Source of the DNA: Lepidodermella squamata
Taxonomy: Eukaryota > Animalia > Gastrotricha
Assembly (NCBI GenBank): GCA_047495785.1
Contig: JBLDXI010000024.1
Coordinates: 4,774,001-4,838,000 of the forward strand
Direction of reading: 5' to 3'
DNA length: 64,000 bases
This document shows positions 57,001-64,000 of this stretch, piece by piece. Below the pieces are notes generated by a model. That model did not search any database, had not been told where the DNA came from, and worked only from the letters and a program-made list of their open reading frames with translations. Each line of letters opens with the position of its first letter. Within the stretch, counting starts at the first letter, position 1. The translations under genes and the position numbers were made by a program.

Positions 57001-60000
57001 AAATGCAAAATGAACGGCAGATTCAGCCACGCTATCGGAATAGCACTGCTTCGCCGCAATCAATAGCGTTTCCGTTACCGGCAAAACGCCACCGATTTGA
57101 TCGCTCAGTTTACTCAACCACAGCGCATGAGAACAGCGGTCTTCAAATTTGAGATGGCGGACAATGTGATTTCTCAAACACGGATATATCGAATCGGAAT
57201 AAGCCGGTGAGCTTGAGAGGGCCAGCAGAAATGATGCGAAAAACACCGAATGCAAAAAACGAAGCGGCGGAGATTTCGCAAGTTTCAACACTTCCTTCAA
57301 CAGCGTCGGATCTTGACGAACTGCCAGAGTTAGATGCATCAAGACTGTGCCGATAACAGGCCGAGTTTTCGAGTAGTTTCGATTCTGCTCTTCGAATTGC
57401 GACATTGTTGTTAGAATTTGCGTGAAAACTGACGCGCAGCTTGATGCGCTGTTAGCTCGGCGTGACGCCAACAGGGCGTAGTAGCAAAATGACGGCAGGT
57501 CATTAGGCGCCACGTTTGACGACATATCAAGAGCTTTTGTTAGAATGTCGGTCAGATCATTCGCGGATAGATTCATTTCGCCGATAACGGATAGAATCGA
57601 TATGCAGATCGGTTTCTTGTAACTAAAAAATATAAGACCATAATTTGGTGAATCAGTGAATCCGTGAATTTAGTTCAGTAAACCATGAATAAATACGCTA
57701 TATAAGCTCTAGTAATCGTGGCTGCCAAGCTAAAGGAGGCAAAACCAGGGTATTCGGTTTAAACTCCAACCGGTTAAAACCGGTATATTCAGTTTTAGGC
57801 CCTTAAAACGCCTGGCAAATTTTTTTCAAGAACTTCGTTTTTTCAATAAACCCGTGGATGGTTGACATTTGACATGTTATCAGGCTTTCTGAACATGCTG
57901 ACAAGCCGAAATAGCCATTTCGTTGCTCAAGAACGTTTACTTGATGTTCGAGCCTCAATCTGCTACAACTGAAGTCTGCTCAGATGGTAGTTCCACTAAT
58001 TTCGTGTAAACATGTTTGCTAAAAGCAGCAGGTGGCAGAAGTTTCTGAGCAAAACTTTAAAACATTCTTTCACTTCAAAGAAATTTCTTTTATAGCAATT
58101 CCTGGCCAGTTCTTATATATTTGATAACCATAACTAACTGATGAATTCCGAACTTCACTAGATTAAATTTCTGACAACTGAAAATGGCAACGCCTGGCCG
58201 CCAACCTGCGCTAGTGCGGGAAAATGTTCGGTCCGTCAATCTGGCCGAAAATGCACCGTCTACTGCGGCTGGTAAAATCAAGCTATCGGAGCCTCTCGGT
58301 AGTTGCAACGCTAAGATTAAGCCGACATTTGTCGAATGCGTCACTTGCTGTTCTATTATTCAAAACTGTAACGATCGCATGGATAGTCATGAGTCCATTA
58401 AGTGTAGAGCTGTTGCGCCCATCAGGTCAATTAGTGAATACCATTCCCCTCTGCTATCCCCGCCTCTTAGTCGTTGCCTCAGTCAAAAACGTCCCGGTAC
58501 GCCGATCCGATCGAATACCCCTTCGCGGAAACCAACCACGCAACACCGTTCGATTGAGAACGCCGACGCGCGAAGTCTCTAGGAGTTTCAACTCGGGTCA
58601 CGCCATTGCCAAGTGTTGATATTACTGAAGAAGCCGAACGCCAGGCCTTGAGGACCCTGATTATATCGGCGAAAGGACTCTCAAGAATTCTCGCTCTCTC
58701 GCCATGCTTCCCTGTAGCAGAAGAATCGGGTGATGTATTGGTCGAATTGTGAAATTTGTACGCAAAATGGGTCTAAGAAGGGGAAAGCGGGAAGGTTAAG
58801 ATTCAAGTTCGAATTGGGAATCGAATTCCAGAAGACAAACCAACCGAGCGAATTTCGCAATTACGGAAACCAGTGTCGTCGATGCGGCGCTGAGATTGAA
58901 TCTCTTGCTCACGTCCTTGGCGCCTGCCCCTACAACTCGTTGCTAATCACTTCGAGACATAACAAAATTCGCCAGAAAATAGCGAGCGAATTGCGCGGCC
59001 AGGGATATAATGTCACTGAGGAAGGACATTGTGTAGCCAGCAACGGCTCTTCTCGCCGCTTTGATATCCTAGCCCTCCGAAAAGGAAGCCGAACAGGAAT
59101 AATTATTGATCCAACTATCAGATGCGAGTCTTCGCAAAACCAATTCGAATTGGTCGATGCGGAAAAACGCGCAATATACGAGCCATGTAGCAAGTTTATT
59201 TGCGAAGCATACAACCTAGATTCAATAGAAGTACATGGGCTATACATCGGTGCCCGCGGATCCCTGACAACAGAAGCCGTAAAACTTCTGCGCAATTATG
59301 GAATCAACGCCGGCACAGCCATCGATATCGCTTCACAGGCCCTCAAAGACAGTATTCGAATTCTTCACCACCATCTATATTCCAACCAACGATAAATAAC
59401 CAATACTTATTATTAAGAAATATCACCTATACTGAAGTTAATTAATTCATATCTCTGTGTCTTAAAGGCAATGTTACTAAGAATTATGTAACGCAGACCA
59501 CCAATAAATCGGTATCTCTCTCTTCGAAACATATTTTATCACATATTTTTCACCCGTTTACCATTCCAGCTAAATATGGCGGAACATCTTGATACTGATA
59601 ATCCCACGTCGGCCCGAAGACAACCGAATTTAGGCAATCAGCCCGCGTATCTCTACAAATTCATACTGAGTCGCTATTTTTCATACTATGTTATATTAAA
59701 AATGACTATATATTTAGCCAAAATAATGATAAAAAAATTACTCGACGTTTAAGAACAGGTCTTTCACCAATGATTTGTACTCGCAATCCTCGACGTCCAA
59801 GTCCATATCGTCCGGATTAGGTGGTTTCTCAAGCAGTGGCAAAATGATTGGCAACAATTCCAGACAGCGGAACCACGTGTCCTCGTCCTGTTTCGTCTCG
59901 ATGAACACCTGAATGCGATCGAATAGCTTGGATAGGGATCTACGAGGCGCTGTACCAACGGTTGAAATGAGCCCATCAACTGCGCTTGGCTTCAACTTTT

Positions 60001-60561
60001 GAGCTCGGATCAGTTCGACGCATTCGACTAGAAATTGGCCCGATAAATCTTCAGAACCATCTGCAAAAATAAGAGAGAAAAATTAAACGAAAAGCCACCC
60101 CTTAACGTTTCTACCATGATTCATTTCTTTTAGACTATTTTTTTGTATTCCGTGATTTTTTTTCTGCCAATTTCACACGCAGTCAAGCTTTGCGTATTCA
60201 AGCAGGGAGCATGCTAACTTTCAGATAATAAACTTCTTTCCTAATTAACCCCTGATTTCTCGAATAATCATTAGAAAGTAGTACATTTCATTAAAATTTG
60301 CCCAAGCCGGTTGATTTCTCCACTGTAATCTTGATTAGCAGCCACGCGGCGAAAATCTTCTAGAACAGCACGTTCATCTTTGGAAATGGCATTTCGCAGC
60401 TGCACCTCCGCCTCGTTATCACCCACCGCCGACTGGTCAGCCTCAGTTTCGTCGAGCCCACGATTCACCACGCCTTCAGCCGACTCAATTATACCCTTCA
60501 AAACAGCTCCGATAGCAGGCATCGAATCATTTAAAATACTTCCTATAACATCAATGAACAT
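45048..60561 (-). CDS. FANCI: Fanconi anemia group I protein (5' end not resolved)
   Basis: Exons ~60561-60285, 60060-59742, 57622-56979, 55046-54202, 52736-51967, 46951-46401, 46291-45048 splice in frame. FANCI-like motifs LELLPIIL, LLRKLLF (ubiquitinated Lys position), S/TQ cluster STQASQASFSASQ, LCLEILGILKRCLEQQADVR, LPSLIFAIEQYE...MKRSTVRDFR. Confidence 0.92.
48057..50894 (+). CDS. Chimeric 2x LamG/ConA-like + Ser/Thr stalk + Cys-loop ion channel subunit (copy 3, 945 aa, intronless, nested in a FANCI intron)
   Basis: Signal peptide; GKWNFVAIT and DKWVFLAITY LamG-like strands; Thr/Ser stalk; Cys-loop CTLTLDRFPFDRQTC; M2 PDRPNFAVTTLLALTV. Confidence 0.93.
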   Translation: MRRIAITALILACASLKPSAGSFWPPRGPQYVQFFLPMDDTKTLVDVTNKTAVTTSGAPQTAIPGPFGVANTSYGIGNSRAICTITTRTPFTSDFTISFYFYPDAADQTTERGIFWFSDTTYGYNRLSLSYSKSDSSLTLRTSSGQFGSVPNAVTPGKWNFVAITNAQNTVTVYTGDQTPSSKAFTKIAISISTAYTVYIGKSETSSLAKNDAIACFMSYGSELASDEVQQLPEYCRTWRDKKQTSPLSTWPKNSNLKLFMPMDDYSYLNDVARGIDVNGNGNQNSWLGALQTTLNGPFGQPNSSFGPVGNRIATLIWLGSTPYFPPSMTLAFYVFISSKTTDTKRGVISFYSNQLTKKNFFRVIYEPSNTLTVTLGATSLLSVSPVLTVDKWVFLAITYNATSRNVEIFSGSPVNSWKSMSVSNLDFTAASELRLGGSVDGWDSTTNIPLQSGDAMACLFYYDTVLSNQEIDLLPNACQYWRTAPPTTTTSTTSTSTSTSSSTSAKSTSMSTSTSTASATTGASSSTTAAMTTTTTPPATPMPTQPSTKEYVMPPITETVTAKPVYLQDYAGKPPSVVESVIPVMPPESSNPEPVSNFLQECDHFSSERSVPPNNDQPNLVTIAFNVAGLNGIDNVEETIEIAGVVVLTWNVSTCPMNSTTAVTKVAQSLYVPSPGAIWTPKLRFTSTATGNVFMKETSNEPFGVDLTMTMEPGAVNQTFAFFWTSEGIYRSVCTLTLDRFPFDRQTCTFTFELVRSTKVVKFDETKNLFSWQDVVTEEWRWVSSQVNYAPGYFKGFEVHHVEYTVVLERIPDYYILNLGLPSALLAGLNLGTFFLPPDAPDRPNFAVTTLLALTVAQSDVLGQLPKTQNRILMGDYIKAVELFAASITVYHLLACLLAGTDWGVRKIFGKKISVVRSIDLLVFLAATVGFVAIHAYCVRMMNQ
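55718..56664 (+). pseudogene. Disrupted paralog of the orphan Cys-rich secreted protein at 61267
   Basis: Exon 1 VLQVV...C...PFALICLQSY; exon 2 DCTAKQGARK[taaa]WWRCVDD has a 4-nt insertion creating TAA at 56124. Confidence 0.7.
58400..59510 (+). mobile_element. 5'-truncated non-LTR retrotransposon, restriction-like endonuclease (R2/NeSL group)
   Basis: ORF 58730-59395 has a CCHC knuckle (CRRC...ESLAHVLGAC), RHN, RFD...IIDPT...KRAIY PD-(D/E)xK-type nuclease motifs; AATAAA at 59503; upstream part degenerate; 5' boundary approximate. Confidence 0.85.
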
Positions 60562-61266
60562 TTGCCGGTAAAAATTATATTTTCTGCTCACTCCATAGCC
60601 AACTAAGAGTACCACAAAAGACATAATAAAAAGTTCAATCAAAAACAGAGAACACATTTTTTGATAGCTCCTCAGGCGATGTCGTCCTATATGAAAAAGT
60701 TCAAAAATAAAGTGTTCAAAGGAAAATAAAATCACAGCACCGTAGTCCACGAAAAGCTTATTCTCGTAATTTCGTAGCTAGTGCTAACTTCGGTTCATGA
60801 AATTTCCCAACTCCAGTCACAAATTCCACTAAGGTGTGGTTTTCAATTTTCGGGAGCAGATTCTTTGATTCAATGCCATTCAACTTTACTGTAAAGTAAC
60901 ACGACATTATCAATTACGTAGCCATCCACTTACCACGCCTTCCACCGCCTTACTTCAGTTCGGAGGATATGAAGTGAATCACATGGTATCAAAGCTCATA
61001 TTTAACCTTCACAAGTTCGTTATGAGTCACTGAGGCCAGATAGAGTTAACACGCGTGTTTGTAACACCAGTGCGTAGGCTATAAGCGCATCACCACACAC
61101 TACAACGTTAATCCCCTTATTACTATGGAGCCTAAACTAATAATTGTGAATATGCGTTGGCTGAAAAAGCGAAATAACATTATCATTGACAGTTTTTATA
61201 AACTCCTTATGGGAGATACTTTAAACACGTCAGGTTTTGCTCAAAACTTTTTGACACAATTTACTA

Positions 61267-63208
61267 ATGGATATTTTATATCGCCTAATTGGCTTTCTCG
61301 CGGTTCTACAAGTCGTTTCAGCCCAGGGCGAATGCACCTTAGGACCCTTCGGATTGCTTTGCTTGCAAAGCTATAACAAAGTCAATTGGAAAGCATTCAG
61401 CACCGTCGCAAAGGATGCTGGAAAGCCTACGACAATGGTTGGTGAATTTATGCTTCATACCATCTTTATTCAAGTTCAAAGCTAGTGGGATCAACAAATG
61501 AAGTTGATGCCAAATTTAGAATATCTGATGTATTCAAAATCAATTTTAGGAACAAAACATAGTCTGCAATAGGTTCAAAATAATAAACTAGAAGTTGAGG
61601 ACGACCTCATCTAGTATGCTGCCAAGGCTTTCTTTTAATGCGGGTTTTCTGAGTAATTTCAAGCCAGTACTCCGCCTAAAACCCCTAGGTGTAAGAATTG
61701 GTATTTTCGGAATTCTACCAGGTTAGTTCGAAACCTTTCGGATACATTTTGAGAGTTGATGATCATTATAGTTTAAGCGCTTAAGATTTCCGAATTTTTG
61801 TAGAACATTCCTTATACATCCAAAGATAAGATACTCCTGAGACCATCTAAGATTTTTCCAGAGAATCGAATATTTCACATTATTTAATTAGGGTAAAGTG
61901 CGCCAAATCTGCAAAAAACTGATAACTTTTGAAGAGAACTTTATCGAAGGCAAAAGCTTGCGGGATGTCATTTGTTAACCAGTAGAGTGTCTCAACACTC
62001 GAACTGCAGGACTCCAAAAGGAAATTTTGGAAAAGCACACCATTTTCCTCAAATTCAAACTGCGTCAGAGTTTTCTTTGCAAATTTGGGGAACTTTAACC
62101 CAAATAATTCAAGGGAGTCCGAAAACCGCTAAATCGGATTTCTTATGAATTTCAGATAAATTGGCCAGACAGTAAGCGCACATCCTGGCTAGCAGACCTA
62201 AAAGCAGCTTGCGGGCCCTTCAACGAAGTCGGCGACTGCACAGCGAAACAGGGCGGCCGGCGGTGGTGGCGATGCATGGACGACGAGCAGATTCAAAATC
62301 TACTCGCGCAAATGCCGCAGCAAAGCGGGCAAAGCGACGGCTTCCCAACAAGCGCGTCCGAGCTTCGCGGGCTCTTCGAAGCCCTGCAAGACATTTGCGA
62401 ACCAACGACAGCGTCCGACTTCGACAAGGACCATCCATGCATGCGAGATGCGTTTACCAAAGTCGCAGATGAGACAGCTTCGTTCAAAGAAAGCCTCGTC
62501 AAAACAGATGACGCTGTAGCCGGAAATTGCGCAGCGTTGAATTGCGGCGCGGCTAAGCAATACGAAAACATGTTTGTCTACATCGTGTTCGCGCAATGCA
62601 AAGCAGGACCGTCAAAATCTGCTGGGCAGCTCGTTAACCCGTTCCTGCGACTTATGATGATGAACAATTTAGCTATGAAAACGTACTGTACCGCGGAAGA
62701 TTTTCCGAATGACATCGACGCTGGCGGGTATACTAAGATGCCGTCGACTACGAGCCCATTGGATACTTCTACGAAATTGCCGTGTGACGTTACAGCTCCG
62801 CCGCCGCCTACAACTACGACGATTGCGCCTAAACAGACCCCAGCGCCACCGCCCAAAGCGCCTATGCCTATGCCTGTGCCCGGGCCTACGCCTGAGCCAG
62901 GGATTGTTCCTCCGCCGTACCAGCCCCCTCCTAACGGTATGCCACCCCGAGCTCCACCTGCAACTATCCCGCCAGCTCCAGCTACGACGACTATACGCAG
63001 GCGGACAGGAGGTCCCGCGCCACAGTTGCAGACGCCGGCGCCTGTGGAATACGCGGACGAGGACGTCGATGACGATGGCTTCCGTGTACTCAGTCGCGTT
63101 CTAAAAGATTACGATTTAGAATTTCTCGACATTGCAAACGCGGGTTTCAGAACGGTCAATTCGCTACACGCTGTCATAATCTCTTTCCTCTATGTTTGGC
63201 TTGTGTGA
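61267..63208 (+). CDS. Orphan Cys-rich cell-surface protein with Pro/Thr stalk, probable GPI anchor (~407 aa)
   Basis: Exons 61267-61437 and 62156-63208 (phase 0); signal peptide; C-terminal NAG + spacer + hydrophobic tail LHAVIISFLYVWLV. Confidence 0.78.
61891..62101. mobile_element. Possible intronic MITE
   Basis: Imperfect TIR GGGTAAAGTGCGCCAAATCTGCAAA / GGGTTAAAGTTCCCCAAATTTGCAAA. Confidence 0.5.
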
Positions 63209-64000
63209 TATCTTACAAAATAATCATATATGCCAATTTCAATTACTATGTTAACATCCTGGCTGTTTTTATGAAAATGCAAATGAGCAATAAAAGGACA
63301 ATTCAAACAGGATGCTTGAAGAGAGCCATTAAGCCATAGGGATCACAAAAAACGGAAAATGCTTCATCGAAAGACTATCTTAAAAAGAACATTTTTGTAG
63401 TTTTTGGTTAAATTAAGTAACTCATTTACTTCTCTTGAGAAAGCAAGGTGGACGACCTGATAGCTCTTTAAAGAACTTGGGCTTTCTGATAGCCTTATCA
63501 ATGAATCGTTTCTAAAGCTGATGAGACTTTAACTCAATAACAGAATTAATCGTTAACTCTTAATCTTTCCTTCTCACTCCAAACAATTCAAAACATTAGT
63601 TTACCTGTTCAGAATGAAAACGTTTACGTTATATGTCGAAATTTCCCTATCTTCATCAACCACCATCTTTAACGGCACGTGGAATTTGTCACTCGATAAC
63701 GCAAGATTGCTGATTGGCCACTGTTTCCTGCATTTTCTTTCCAGTTTCCCGAAAAACCGCTCAAATTGCAACAATTGTCTCAACAACAATAACATACCCT
63801 AAATCGTCATAGGACATTGTCATTATGACAAGAATTTGACTTTTTATTCGAAAGAAATTTCTACAATTTTATTATTAGTGTTACAAGATGATATTGCGCG
63901 ATTAAAACGATTAGTTTCGTAAGTATAAGTGATTTTAGTAGCCGAGAAAAAATTTCTTTTATGATTTGTCATGCTGTAATTGGTCACCCAACAGTCGTCG

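Noticed and set aside
63601-63795. Possible first exon of FANCI
   Set aside because: Has a GT donor but no recognisable FANCI similarity, and no matching acceptor could be established

Overview
Compact metazoan (invertebrate) genomic DNA with short GT-AG introns (often 49-60 nt); the species cannot be determined from sequence alone. Contents from left to right: (1) three secreted sushi/CCP genes, two fused to catalytically dead trypsin-like domains; (2) about 30 tRNA genes and fragments, including a Leu-Ala-Gln-Gly cassette present in four full or partial copies; (3) two intronless, divergent Cys-loop (pLGIC) subunit genes; (4) an ankyrin gene, a large EGF-mucin-SEA transmembrane gene and a cytosolic sulfotransferase; (5) three intact genes plus one pseudogene encoding an unusual chimeric receptor (signal peptide, two tandem LamG/ConA-like lectin-fold domains, Ser/Thr stalk, complete Cys-loop channel with almost no M3-M4 loop); (6) FANCI on the minus strand, whose introns host one chimeric channel gene, an orphan pseudogene and an RLE-type non-LTR retrotransposon fragment; (7) an orphan Cys-rich, probably GPI-anchored gene; (8) several MITEs and DNA transposon relics. 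The lectin-fold/Cys-loop chimeric family is the best candidate for an undescribed system. Gene models and domain calls were made by eye; no searches were run.
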